A stretch of DNA of 52,234 bases from a bacterium (GTDB lineage Bacteria > UBP4 > UBA4092 > JAOAEQ01): NCBI GenBank assembly GCA_041946755.1, contig JBHGBB010000002.1, positions 1-52,234 of the forward strand. The letters run 5' to 3'. Within the stretch, counting starts at the first letter, position 1; every line of letters begins with the position of its first letter. This document shows, one piece after another, positions 8,896 to 18,298 of the stretch. The position numbers and the translations under genes are program-made. The notes under the pieces are model-generated. The model had not been told where the DNA came from. It searched no databases and was given only the letters and a program-made list of their open reading frames with translations.

Positions 8896-10941
8896 TTAAA
8901 ACAGTTCCTGCCATAATCGGGGTTCAACAGCAGTTGGCCCTAGAGTATATTCCCAGACACCAAAACGATTACCTAAGTATAAAATAGGAAAATCATTATT
9001 ATATTTATTGTTATATAATGTAAGTGTATAGTTATAATTGTAACCTAATCCCTGTAAATCTTGATTCATTTCATACCAAGAAATACCACCATCTGTACTT
9101 TTACAAACCCCATTATCAAATGTAATAATATAAATATTTAAATAATTATCAGGATCTATAATCATGAAAAAAACTGAGCAATACATATCTAATCCTTCTG
9201 TAAGGCGAATCCATGTTATTCCCCCATCGCTACTTCTGCAAACTCCACTATACGGGCCTGTACTCACTGAACCAGCATAAAGGTAAGAATTAATAGTATC
9301 GATTGCTAAACAGTAAACCTGATTATCGGACAATCCAGTCGTACACCAAGTTAAACCTGCATCAATACTTTTATATAATCCACTCCAAAGTGTACCGACA
9401 TATATAGTTTCTGGAGATTCTGGATTAATCACCAACGAGGTGATATTGTATAATTTATTGGTAGTTGAAGCAGCATACCAGTTATTCCCCGCATCGATAC
9501 TTTTATATACCCCTTCACCGGTCCCCGCATAAATAATATTTGAATTTGATGGATCTATTGCCATGGTGTTAATACCCACCTCCCCCATACCAGTAGTAAT
9601 TTCAGTCCAAAATATTCCATAATCTGAGCTTTTAAATAAGCCACGGTTTGTCCCAACATAATATATAGCTGGATTCGTTTGATCAGTAATGATTGAATAT
9701 ATACATCGGCTTTCCATACCTTGCGATATCATACTCCAAGTGGTACCTTCATTGATGGTCTTGAATAAACCATATCCCGTACCAGCATATATTGTTTTTG
9801 TACTTTGTTCTGAAACTGATATGGCTCTAACCTGATAAGGTTGAATATTATTAAACGACCATTGCCATGTTGTTCCAGCATCATAGCTTTTATATATACC
9901 ATCTATCGTACTTCTTAATCCACAATAGAATATCTCTGGATTGGTTGAATCAATTGTGAGTGAATGTTCAAAGGTTCTGAATCCGGTAGCAATCGATACC
10001 CATGTTAAACCACCATTGGTGCTCATATATAATCCATCAGAAGAACTAATCGAAACGCTTGCACCATATGCACCAGCATAAAGTATAAGTGGATTTTGAG
10101 GATGTATAGCCAAGCAACTTATATACATCTCTCCCATACCTGTTGTACATTGGAGCCATGTGCTTCCACCATCCATACTACGATATACTCCTTTGCCTAA
10201 TGTACCAGCGTATAAAATATTATGATGGATAGGATCAATTGCAATATCAAAAACTTCTATAGCACCTAATCCAGTAGTAATGGCATTCCAAGTTGTTCCA
10301 GCATCAATACTTTTATTTATTCCATTAACGTAACCGGATGCTGCATAGAGGATATTTGAATCTGTTGAATCAATGATTAATTTATTGACCCACCCGCCTA
10401 TATTACCTACCGATCTCCATGTCATACCTTCATTAGTACTTTTATATATATCTCCCAAATCTCCTCCTGCATAAACCGTTTGCGAATTGTTGGGATCAAT
10501 AACCACTGAATAAATTACCCAAGCATATCCTGTTCCAGACATTACTAAACTCCAGTGGGAACCTCCATCAGTGCTTTTATAAATTCCACCTTCGCCGTTG
10601 TAATCGTGCTCTCCAAATCCTGCATAGAGAATTTGTGGATTAGAGGGATCAATTGCTAAAGAATAATTATATGAGTAATGACTGCTACAGTTTGACCAAA
10701 TTGTGCCACTATCATAACTTTTATAAACTCCACTATAATAACCAATGCTATAAACAATCTTTGGATTAGTTGGATGGATGGTTATGTTGTAAATATAATC
10801 TGACAACGGAGCAATTCCAATTGGTCCTATCTGTGTCCAACATCTATCTCCGGCAAAAACAGAAACAGCTAACACAATAAATAATGGCATTGATAATAGT
10901 AAAACCTTTTTGTAATAATATTTGATATTGATTTTATGCAT
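8896..10941 (-). CDS. Secreted BNR/Asp-box repeat beta-propeller protein (sortilin/Vps10- or GH74-like)
   Basis: It has an N-terminal hydrophobic signal and about 13 Asp-box repeats of the S-x-D-x-G-x-T-W type (YKSTDGGSHW, NKSIDAGTTW, YRSMDGGSTW, YKSYDAGTTW, CKSTDGGISW and others). That is enough for two propellers. Confidence 0.75.
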   Translation of the reverse strand: MHKINIKYYYKKVLLLSMPLFIVLAVSVFAGDRCWTQIGPIGIAPLSDYIYNITIHPTNPKIVYSIGYYSGVYKSYDSGTIWSNCSSHYSYNYSLAIDPSNPQILYAGFGEHDYNGEGGIYKSTDGGSHWSLVMSGTGYAWVIYSVVIDPNNSQTVYAGGDLGDIYKSTNEGMTWRSVGNIGGWVNKLIIDSTDSNILYAASGYVNGINKSIDAGTTWNAITTGLGAIEVFDIAIDPIHHNILYAGTLGKGVYRSMDGGSTWLQCTTGMGEMYISCLAIHPQNPLILYAGAYGASVSISSSDGLYMSTNGGLTWVSIATGFRTFEHSLTIDSTNPEIFYCGLRSTIDGIYKSYDAGTTWQWSFNNIQPYQVRAISVSEQSTKTIYAGTGYGLFKTINEGTTWSMISQGMESRCIYSIITDQTNPAIYYVGTNRGLFKSSDYGIFWTEITTGMGEVGINTMAIDPSNSNIIYAGTGEGVYKSIDAGNNWYAASTTNKLYNITSLVINPESPETIYVGTLWSGLYKSIDAGLTWCTTGLSDNQVYCLAIDTINSYLYAGSVSTGPYSGVCRSSDGGITWIRLTEGLDMYCSVFFMIIDPDNYLNIYIITFDNGVCKSTDGGISWYEMNQDLQGLGYNYNYTLTLYNNKYNNDFPILYLGNRFGVWEYTLGPTAVEPRLWQELF

Positions 10942-11148
10942 AAAAACCTCCCTAACACTTTACTCTTTTCCTATTATAATAGACACACGAAAAAGGCAAA
11001 ATATTACATAATATTATGCTTAATTCAGTAATCGCAATAAAATCAATATTATATAAGGCTATTTTATTAATCTTTCTGTTGAATGCTATCTATTCACCCA
11101 AATTAACTATGCGGTGCGTTATTTAGCAATTTATGCCGAATTTAGATT

Positions 11149-11217
11149 AAACTGATTTGGGAGTGGAATCGAGCGTGAAAATTTCACGCTCGATTGCAAT
11201 CCGAAACCGATTTTGGG
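11149..11217. promoter_or_regulatory. Palindrome flanked by direct repeats in a divergent promoter region
   Basis: AATCGAGCGTGAAA (11167-11180) is the exact reverse complement of TTTCACGCTCGATT (11182-11195). It is flanked by AAACTGATTTGGG (11149-11161) and AAACCGATTTTGGG (11204-11217). Confidence 0.35.
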
Positions 11218-11349
11218 CATAAATAGTTATCTTTCTTAGAGTTATCCGATTTCAAGGTGGTTTTGGGTTATAAGTCTTCAATTTCTATTCTTTTATGTTT
11301 TCTGATATGATATATGATTAAGTCAAGCCTTATTTAATTTGGATCTCTC

Positions 11350-12054
11350 ATGTTATTCGATTATACCAGACGCACGGCTATCGATGACCGATACCGTACC
11401 CGGCAGGAAGACCAGCGCATCGGTTGGAACGACGATTATCAATCCAGAATCGATCGGATTCAACAGATTCTGGAGTTATATCCGATCCCATCAAATAGCC
11501 GGGTACTGGAACTCGGCTGCGGTGCGGGTAATATCGCATTATACCTAGCAGGACAAGGGTATCAGGCATATGGAATCGATTTAAGTGTAGCGGCTATCTC
11601 TTGGGCCGAAGAGAAAAAGCAAGAATTAAATGTATCGACTACCTTCTCGGTAGGTAATGTCGTTGAATTAACTGAATATACCAACGAATCTTTCGACCTC
11701 ATAGTTGATGGGGACTGTCTCTGGATGATAATCGGTGCTGACCGGAAAGAATGTTTGGCTAATATCCATCGCATTCTGAAACCGGATGGGCTCCTGATCG
11801 CCAATGCGAAATTAATGAATGAAGAGATACAAACCCGATATTATATCAATCCGGATAATATTTTCGACCCGAAATTGCAGTGTTTAACGCAAGAAGGTAT
11901 CCCCTACTATTATTTATCCCGGGAGAAAGAGTTTATCACTGAACTTACCCAAACCGGATTTAAGGTACTGGAAACGAAACTGTTTCCTCCGAAACATAAC
12001 GAACATCCGCTGATCGTCGGCAGTTTATCCGCTGTTGTAAGGAAAAATATATAG
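11350..12054 (+). CDS. Class I SAM-dependent methyltransferase
   Basis: Motif I VLELGCGAGNIALYLAGQG, followed by an acidic residue (GIDLS) and post-I/II motifs (LIVDGDCL, LKPDGLL). Confidence 0.8.
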   Translation: MLFDYTRRTAIDDRYRTRQEDQRIGWNDDYQSRIDRIQQILELYPIPSNSRVLELGCGAGNIALYLAGQGYQAYGIDLSVAAISWAEEKKQELNVSTTFSVGNVVELTEYTNESFDLIVDGDCLWMIIGADRKECLANIHRILKPDGLLIANAKLMNEEIQTRYYINPDNIFDPKLQCLTQEGIPYYYLSREKEFITELTQTGFKVLETKLFPPKHNEHPLIVGSLSAVVRKNI

Positions 12055-12119
12055 CTACAAAGACGCATGGTTTTAATCTTAGCGACCTTTGCGGCTAGCT
12101 TTAATAGAGGAGTTTAATT

Positions 12120-12734
12120 ATGGCACTGATTTTGTTCCAAGGAGATAGTATTACTGACGCTGGAAGGGATCGGAATCAATCCGAGTCGTTAGGATTCGGA
12201 TATGCGCTCTTTACTGCCAGCTGGTTTCAAGCGCAGCATCCGGAGAAACCGGTTACTTTCCTCAACCGGGGAATTAGCGGTGACCGAATCAGGGATTTAC
12301 AAGCCCGATGGACCAAAGACTGTCTGGAATTGAAACCGGATATTGTCTCGATCCTTATCGGAATCAATGATACCTGGCGAAGATATGACCAGAACGACCC
12401 GACTACCACGGAACAGTATGAAGCTGGATATCGGGATATCATAACCAAAACCCTGAAGTTGGGCACAAAGCTTATTTTATGCGAACCGTTTGTACTTCAT
12501 ATCTCTGAAGAGCGGATTCGGTATCGAGAAGATTTAAATCCAAAAATAGCTGTGGTTAATAAGCTTGCAATAGAATATCAAACAATCCTGATTCCATTAG
12601 ATAAAATATTCCAAGAGGTTTCAAGGATTCGCCCACCATCGTTCTGGGCAGCTGATGGCGTTCATCCGACACCGGCAGGTCATGCATTAATCGCGCAGCA
12701 TTGGCTGAAAGCAGTTAGCGAATTATTAGCATAA
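12120..12734 (+). CDS. SGNH/GDSL-family hydrolase (lipase/acylhydrolase-like)
   Basis: Block I ILFQGDSITDAG, block II NRGISGD, block III GINDT and block V DGVHPT. GAGGAG lies upstream of the ATG. Confidence 0.8.
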   Translation: MALILFQGDSITDAGRDRNQSESLGFGYALFTASWFQAQHPEKPVTFLNRGISGDRIRDLQARWTKDCLELKPDIVSILIGINDTWRRYDQNDPTTTEQYEAGYRDIITKTLKLGTKLILCEPFVLHISEERIRYREDLNPKIAVVNKLAIEYQTILIPLDKIFQEVSRIRPPSFWAADGVHPTPAGHALIAQHWLKAVSELLA

Positions 12735-12819
12735 CTAGTCGGTTTGACTTGACTAAAGACTTATTTAGCTGGATAATAAATCATCGGTCAATTTAATATA
12801 CATTCATAGGGAGCACCCG

Positions 12820-13380
12820 ATGTCAAACGAAATAACCCATCAACTCATTCGTGACCTATCGTTCGATATAACGTTCTTTTCGATTTTAATCTGGTCAGGT
12901 ATCTTTCGTATTAAACTCTATTTAAAAAGCAGGTTAAACGGATATCTCTTATCCGGCATCGGATTTATGGTTATCGCACCTTATCCGCTACTTCAAACCT
13001 TCCAGGTTTTGGATAATCTCTATTATTATATCGCTTGGTTGGTAGGCTTAAGTTTATTTATTTTCGGTGCGGTTTTATTATCTACCAAAGAAAATGGAGG
13101 GTATAAATTCATTCAGGAGCATATGACCTATAATGGTTGGTATCACAAAGTTGATATTGCTAAACAAGATTTGCAAGGATATCCACCTACAAAAACCAGA
13201 ATAGAAGGAATCCAGAATGGAATTCTCCTATTTTTGATACCATTAGGTATACTTATGTTACAAGGAGTTTCTTATTATATATATAAAGATTGGGCATTAG
13301 CCCTAATCCCCTATTTAATTTATTTTACTTTAATACCGGTTATATATCTTATATTCACCAATCGATATTTAAAAACGTAG
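12820..13380 (+). CDS. Hypothetical polytopic membrane protein
   Basis: An ORF with an SD-like GGGAG upstream and about 5 hydrophobic helices. I recognise no family motif. Confidence 0.5.
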   Translation: MSNEITHQLIRDLSFDITFFSILIWSGIFRIKLYLKSRLNGYLLSGIGFMVIAPYPLLQTFQVLDNLYYYIAWLVGLSLFIFGAVLLSTKENGGYKFIQEHMTYNGWYHKVDIAKQDLQGYPPTKTRIEGIQNGILLFLIPLGILMLQGVSYYIYKDWALALIPYLIYFTLIPVIYLIFTNRYLKT

Positions 13381-13419
13381 CCAGAATATTAATCTCTGAT
13401 CCAGAGAATAAAAAAAGCA

Positions 13420-13450
13420 GGCTTAAAGCCTGCTTTTTTTATTTAATATT
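13420..13450. terminator. Bidirectional intrinsic terminator between convergent genes
   Basis: The sequence is an A-run, then GCAGGCT-TAA-AGCCTGC (13427-13443), then a T-run. It lies between the ends of 12820..13380 (+) and 13484..14482 (-). Confidence 0.8.
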
Positions 13451-13483
13451 TACACCTCGATTAAGACAAGGTATTTTTATCTT

Positions 13484-14482
13484 CTACTTTTTCTTCGATG
13501 TAGTTTTCGCATTCGGCTTCTCAACTGGTGCAATAGCAGGAGCAGTCAGCCATTCTCCACCTTTCTCGATATTTTCCGGAGTATATACCCGAGAATTTAG
13601 GGTTATCTCTTTAGGAATCTTATTCCCTTTCAATAACAAAATCGCATTATCAATCGCTTCTTTTCCACCGGTCGGATATTCGAAACAAGCCTGGATGATT
13701 CCTTGTTTGACATACGCCTGGCCTTCTTGCGCTAAGCCATCGATTCCAACGAAAATCATCCCTTTATCCCGGCCGGCAGCTTTTGCAGCCAAATAAGCGC
13801 CATGGGCGGCCGGATCGTTATGCCCATATACCAAATCGATTTTATCATATCGGGCTAATGCGGATTCCATCTCTTTCCGGGCATTCGGTTCCAGCCATTT
13901 CATATCAGCTTCAAAAACGACTTTGATCTGGCTCCCTTCGATACCTTTCAGAAACCCGCTATGCCGATCCTGACCGGGGGTACTGGTCATTAATCCTTTT
14001 AACTCGACCACATTCCCTTTCCCTTTAAGTTTTTTAGCAATCCATTTCCCGGCAGCTTCACCAATCTTTTTATTATCTGCACCGATAAAACTGGTATAAT
14101 CGTTACCGACTACCCGGCGGTCGAGGACAATTACCGGAATTCTTGCCTGATACGCCTTCTGGATCGGGGGAGTTAACGGTGCCGCCTCTTTTGGACTCAC
14201 AATCAGTAAATCTACTCCCTGATCGATAAACTCTTCGATATGCGCTCGTTGTTTTAAGGTATCATTTTGCGCATCTTTATAAATCACTTTAATCGAGTTA
14301 AGTTTATCTGCCGCGGTCTTGATATCGCTATTCATCTGGACTCGCCATGGTTCACCCAGATTACATTGGCTCATTCCGATAATCCAGGGATTAGCCGGAG
14401 TCCCTTTCCCTTTCGCCATCCCTGAAATCGGTAAGATTAGCACCATCGAAACCAGAATTAATGTCGTTATCCAGTATTTCAA
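13484..14482 (-). CDS. Sugar ABC transporter periplasmic substrate-binding protein (ribose/RbsB-like, Peripla_BP_4)
   Basis: It has a signal peptide. Family-typical blocks are IGMSQCNLGEPWRVQM, GVDLLIVSP, IPVIVLDRR, FIGADNKKIGEAAG and GLMTSTPGQDRHSGF. It has an unusual Lys-rich C-terminal tail. Confidence 0.8.
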   Translation of the reverse strand: MKYWITTLILVSMVLILPISGMAKGKGTPANPWIIGMSQCNLGEPWRVQMNSDIKTAADKLNSIKVIYKDAQNDTLKQRAHIEEFIDQGVDLLIVSPKEAAPLTPPIQKAYQARIPVIVLDRRVVGNDYTSFIGADNKKIGEAAGKWIAKKLKGKGNVVELKGLMTSTPGQDRHSGFLKGIEGSQIKVVFEADMKWLEPNARKEMESALARYDKIDLVYGHNDPAAHGAYLAAKAAGRDKGMIFVGIDGLAQEGQAYVKQGIIQACFEYPTGGKEAIDNAILLLKGNKIPKEITLNSRVYTPENIEKGGEWLTAPAIAPVEKPNAKTTSKKK

Positions 14483-14538
14483 TTGGTATTCCTCCTTTCA
14501 TCTACTATCTGATTCCCCAATTAACCATCTGGTTATTT

Positions 14539-15210
14539 TTAGGTCTGCCCTTGTCTACTGGTACGCCAGATATCGCCACCGCTAACGGTACCATTAGATG
14601 GATCATACGATCCTAAACTGCAATCTCCGTTCGGCGACCATGGGGACCGATCTAAATATGGCAACACTGAATATCCATCATAACTACTATCCCATTTGCC
14701 ATTCGGACCTCGGGAACACAGTGCCCATAATGACGCATGCCATACGAGACCGAATGGTCCGGGCCCTTCGGAACCCGGATGATATATTTCCGCATATGCT
14801 TTACAATCTTTATCCCAAGTGTAGAGGTAATATCCGATACCTTGCTCTGCGGCAGCGCCACCTAGTCCCACAAACCGGAAGGGGTCTTGCGGCATTGAAC
14901 TAATATAGGCAACTGGAGTGGTTAATACATCGAATCGATTTGATTCATAGGCATCGTCTCCAAAAACCCCATTCTGTTTATAGGTAGCAGTCGCTTGATA
15001 ATGAATCGGATAACTGGATTGATCCACACAATACGATTCGATTGCCGTAGCAAGCGTTTTAAATTCTGCTTTTAATTTCGATACTTTAGATCGCGTTTGA
15101 GCGGCAAGAAAGTTTGGAATCGCAATCGCTGCAAGAATAGCTATAATCGCAACAACAATCAATAACTCGATGAGCGTGAATCCTGTTTTTACATTATTTT
15201 TTATTGGCAT
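14539..15210 (-). CDS. Prepilin-type N-terminal cleavage/methylation domain protein (type II secretion pseudopilin / type IV pilin-like)
   Basis: The N-terminus KTGFTLIELLIVVAIIAILAAIAIPNF is the canonical class III signal (G|FTLIE) plus the hydrophobic helix. Confidence 0.85.
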   Translation of the reverse strand: MPIKNNVKTGFTLIELLIVVAIIAILAAIAIPNFLAAQTRSKVSKLKAEFKTLATAIESYCVDQSSYPIHYQATATYKQNGVFGDDAYESNRFDVLTTPVAYISSMPQDPFRFVGLGGAAAEQGIGYYLYTWDKDCKAYAEIYHPGSEGPGPFGLVWHASLWALCSRGPNGKWDSSYDGYSVLPYLDRSPWSPNGDCSLGSYDPSNGTVSGGDIWRTSRQGQT

Positions 15211-15405
15211 ATATTTTCACCTCCCTTCATATGAATTATAGATTGATGATTGATGATTGCGAATTAATATCTACTATAATATTTTATATCAGATTTTAGA
15301 CTTCATCATTTTTTTGTTCATAGATTGTAGTATTCCTCCGCCAAGGCTTCGGCGGATAAAATTGCTGACGGAGATTTGGCATTTGGATTTTGAAATTTGG
15401 TATTG

Positions 15406-16452
15406 TTACTTCTTCCTTCTCTGGAATAACACTGCCACGATAATAATCGTTCCGGTTAACATCAATCGGCTGGCTTCACCAACTGCATTGATACTTAATA
15501 TCTTCTCCAAATATCCGATAGTTAAAGTACCAAGCAGGGTTAAGAAAATACTACCCCGACCACCCATCAGACTCGTACCGCCGATAACGGCAATCGCGAT
15601 AGCCGTTAATTCATAGGAGGTACCGGCTTCCGGGTCACCTTGATATTCTTGCGCCGCCTGGCAAATCCCGGCTATTGCCGAAAACATACCGCTCATGCCA
15701 TAGGCGAACAGTTTAGTCATCGCGACGGGGACCCCGGATAATCGGGCAGCTTCTTCATTACCCCCGATAGCATAAATATATCTCCCGATGCGGAATTTGG
15801 CAAGTATAATCCATGAAATAATTAAACAAATGATAAAAATTAAGGTTACTACCGCTAAATTACCTTCTAGAATCCGGGAATCGATAACCTTAAATATCTG
15901 GGGGTCGGGTTTATAAATAAAGGTTCCATCCGGTAGCTGGACTGCAGTTGCAACCTTCTTACCGGCAGAAATATATTTCGCTAATCCCCGGGCGAATACC
16001 ATCATCGCTAAGGTCGCAATAAACGGCTGGATTTTGAATCGAGAGATGAAGCCACCGGAAGCAGCCCCGGATAATGCACCGACTGCCATACATACCGGAA
16101 TCGCTAGCCAGGGATTCCAATCCCGATAGATACTTAATATCGAAAAGAGGACTGCACTTAATCCGAGGACACTGCCGACCGATAAATCTATCCCCGCAGT
16201 AATAATCACCAGGGTCATCCCGCAGGCTAGAATGCCATATACCGACGACTGCCGCAGCATATCTCGATGAGTCGACCATTTGAAGAATGCACCATCGCCA
16301 TTAAAAATTATCCCTAAAATAAAGATGATCAGCAGGGATAGGATTACCCGGACTATCGGATATTGAAATATCTTTGAAAGAAAAGTAAGGGCTGCCTGCA
16401 CAATCCGATTTTTGAGTATTCGCGATATTAATGACGGCTTCTTTTTTAGCAT
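15406..16452 (-). CDS. Sugar ABC transporter permease (RbsC-like, BPD_transp_2)
   Basis: It has about 10 TM helices and family-typical blocks GIDLSVGS and GGTSLMGGRGS. Confidence 0.85.
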   Translation of the reverse strand: MLKKKPSLISRILKNRIVQAALTFLSKIFQYPIVRVILSLLIIFILGIIFNGDGAFFKWSTHRDMLRQSSVYGILACGMTLVIITAGIDLSVGSVLGLSAVLFSILSIYRDWNPWLAIPVCMAVGALSGAASGGFISRFKIQPFIATLAMMVFARGLAKYISAGKKVATAVQLPDGTFIYKPDPQIFKVIDSRILEGNLAVVTLIFIICLIISWIILAKFRIGRYIYAIGGNEEAARLSGVPVAMTKLFAYGMSGMFSAIAGICQAAQEYQGDPEAGTSYELTAIAIAVIGGTSLMGGRGSIFLTLLGTLTIGYLEKILSINAVGEASRLMLTGTIIIVAVLFQRRKK

Positions 16453-16540
16453 AGTTATTTAATTATTTAATAGGACGCAGATTTTATCTTCTTTCTGTTC
16501 TTGTTTCGATATTCGATATCCAAATTTGGTTTATAAACAT

Positions 16541-16639
16541 CTTCGATCCAACTTTAGTTGAGGGTTAAGTAACTTTAGTTACTCTTAATAGCTAAAGCTA
16601 TTATACCCTCAGTTAATCCGCCGCGGCGGATGGGTAGAA
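16541..16639. repeat. Nested-hairpin intergenic element, GTAGAA-terminated family (copy 1, between rbsA-like and rbsC-like genes)
   Basis: CCAACTTTAGTTGAGGGTTAA pairs with TACCCTCAGTTAA. Inner hairpins are GTAAC-TTTA-GTTAC (16569-16582), AATAGC-TAAA-GCTATT (16587-16602) and ATCCGCC-GC-GGCGGAT (16616-16631). The element ends in GGGTAGAA. Confidence 0.8.
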
Positions 16640-16732
16640 TAAATGATTTTCTAGTATATTTTTCTTTGTTTTATTATAGTTTTTCCTTTTGTTTCGGATT
16701 TCGATATTCGGATTTCGGATTTGCTTTACGTT

Positions 16733-18247
16733 CTATTCTCCCATCGCAGCATGCAATATTTTCTCTTGGGTAACTTCGTCCCGATTAAACCGGGCAGTAA
16801 CCTGCCCCCGATGGAGAACCAGTATTCGGTCGGATAACGCGATCAATTCCGGCATTTCGGAAGTTATCAAGATAATCGCATACCCTGATTCGGTCCATTG
16901 ATTCATTAACTTATATATTTCATATTTCGCACCGACATCTATCCCCCGGGTCGGTTCGTCTAATAATAACACTTTCGGCTTGGTTTCAATCCATTTCGAT
17001 AACGCTACTTTCTGCTGGTTACCCCCGGAGAGTTCCGCAACCGCAGTCGCGCTATTCGGAGATTTTATATCCAGTTCAGTCCGATATTTATCTCCCGCAG
17101 TTCGTTCCCACCGTTTTCTGAACCAATATCCGGGGGAATACTGCGGGATAGATGCCATAGTTACATTCTCAGCGATATTCATATCCAAGACTAACCCGGT
17201 AGTTTTCCGGTCGTTAGTTAACAAGGCTATCCCCAGATTAATCGAATGCCGGGGCGATTTTATTGAAATAGGCTCCCCATCTAGAAACAGAGTACCGGTA
17301 GGCAACGTTCCATAGCTGCCGAAAATACCGTTTAAGAGTTCACTAGCACCTGACCCCTGCAATCCAGCGATACCTAATATTTCCCCTTGATATACGGTAA
17401 AAGAGATATCATCGACGATCGGTCTTCTCCCTCGTTCATCGGGAATCGAAAAATGCTCGATCCGGAATCGCTCTTCTTTCCTGGTATCGTTCCGATATGG
17501 GAATTGGTCGCTGATTTCCCGGCCAACCATCCATTTAATCAACTCCTGCCGCGGTAACTCGGTTTTATTTGCGGTACCGACATACCGCCCATCTCTGAGA
17601 ACTGTTATCCGGTCAGCGATACGATATATCTCTTCCATTTTATGGGTGATATAGATTATTGAACATCCATGCTGTTTTAAGGTTTCGATAGTCGCAAATA
17701 ACCGTTCTACTTCCGGTTCGGTTAACGCGCTGGTCGGTTCGTCCATAACGATGATTTTCGCGGCGATGGATAAGGCTTTAGCAATTTCAATCATCTGCTG
17801 CATGGAAATCGGATACTCTTCAACCGGCTTTCGGATATCGAGTTCCAGCCCTAACCGATTTAAGATATCCTGCGCTTTGGATTTCTGCGATTTCCGGTCG
17901 ATAGAACCGAACCGGGTAATGGTTTCCCGGCCGAGGAAGATATTATCTGCGACTTGCATTGAAGGGACTAACGATAATTCCTGATAGATAGCGGTAATCC
18001 CATGTTCCGCTGCATCTTGGGGAGAAGAGAACCGGACCGGCTGACCGGATAATTCGATGGTGCCTTTATATTCGGTATGGACGCCGCAGAGGATTTTTAT
18101 CAGGGTACTTTTCCCAGCGCCATTCTCTCCGGCAAGAACATGGACTTCACCGGGATATAAATCGAACTGGACTTGGGATAATACTTCTGTTCGTCCAAAG
18201 GATTTACTGATATCCGTCATCCGGAGTAAGATAGGATTGGAGTTCAT
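16733..18247 (-). CDS. Sugar ABC transporter ATP-binding protein, duplicated ATPase (RbsA/MglA-like)
   Basis: It has two ABC cassettes. The first has GENGAGKST, a degenerate signature and IIVMDEPTSAL. The second has LSGGNQQK and LLLDEPTRGID. Its length (504 aa) is typical of CUT2 ATPases. Confidence 0.9.
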   Translation of the reverse strand: MNSNPILLRMTDISKSFGRTEVLSQVQFDLYPGEVHVLAGENGAGKSTLIKILCGVHTEYKGTIELSGQPVRFSSPQDAAEHGITAIYQELSLVPSMQVADNIFLGRETITRFGSIDRKSQKSKAQDILNRLGLELDIRKPVEEYPISMQQMIEIAKALSIAAKIIVMDEPTSALTEPEVERLFATIETLKQHGCSIIYITHKMEEIYRIADRITVLRDGRYVGTANKTELPRQELIKWMVGREISDQFPYRNDTRKEERFRIEHFSIPDERGRRPIVDDISFTVYQGEILGIAGLQGSGASELLNGIFGSYGTLPTGTLFLDGEPISIKSPRHSINLGIALLTNDRKTTGLVLDMNIAENVTMASIPQYSPGYWFRKRWERTAGDKYRTELDIKSPNSATAVAELSGGNQQKVALSKWIETKPKVLLLDEPTRGIDVGAKYEIYKLMNQWTESGYAIILITSEMPELIALSDRILVLHRGQVTARFNRDEVTQEKILHAAMGE

Positions 18248-18298
18248 TTTCTGGTACTGAATTACATCTATTATATAACAACTGACTGGAATATGACG

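Noticed and set aside
13290-13796. A 168-aa plus-strand ORF spanning the end of the membrane-protein gene, the terminator and the 3' part of the binding-protein gene.
   Set aside because: It runs through a strong bidirectional terminator and is antisense to a well-supported SBP gene. It has no motif support.
15257-15616. A 119-aa plus-strand ORF starting in the pilin-permease gap.
   Set aside because: It starts in repeat-rich intergenic DNA and continues antisense into the permease gene. It has no RBS and no motif.
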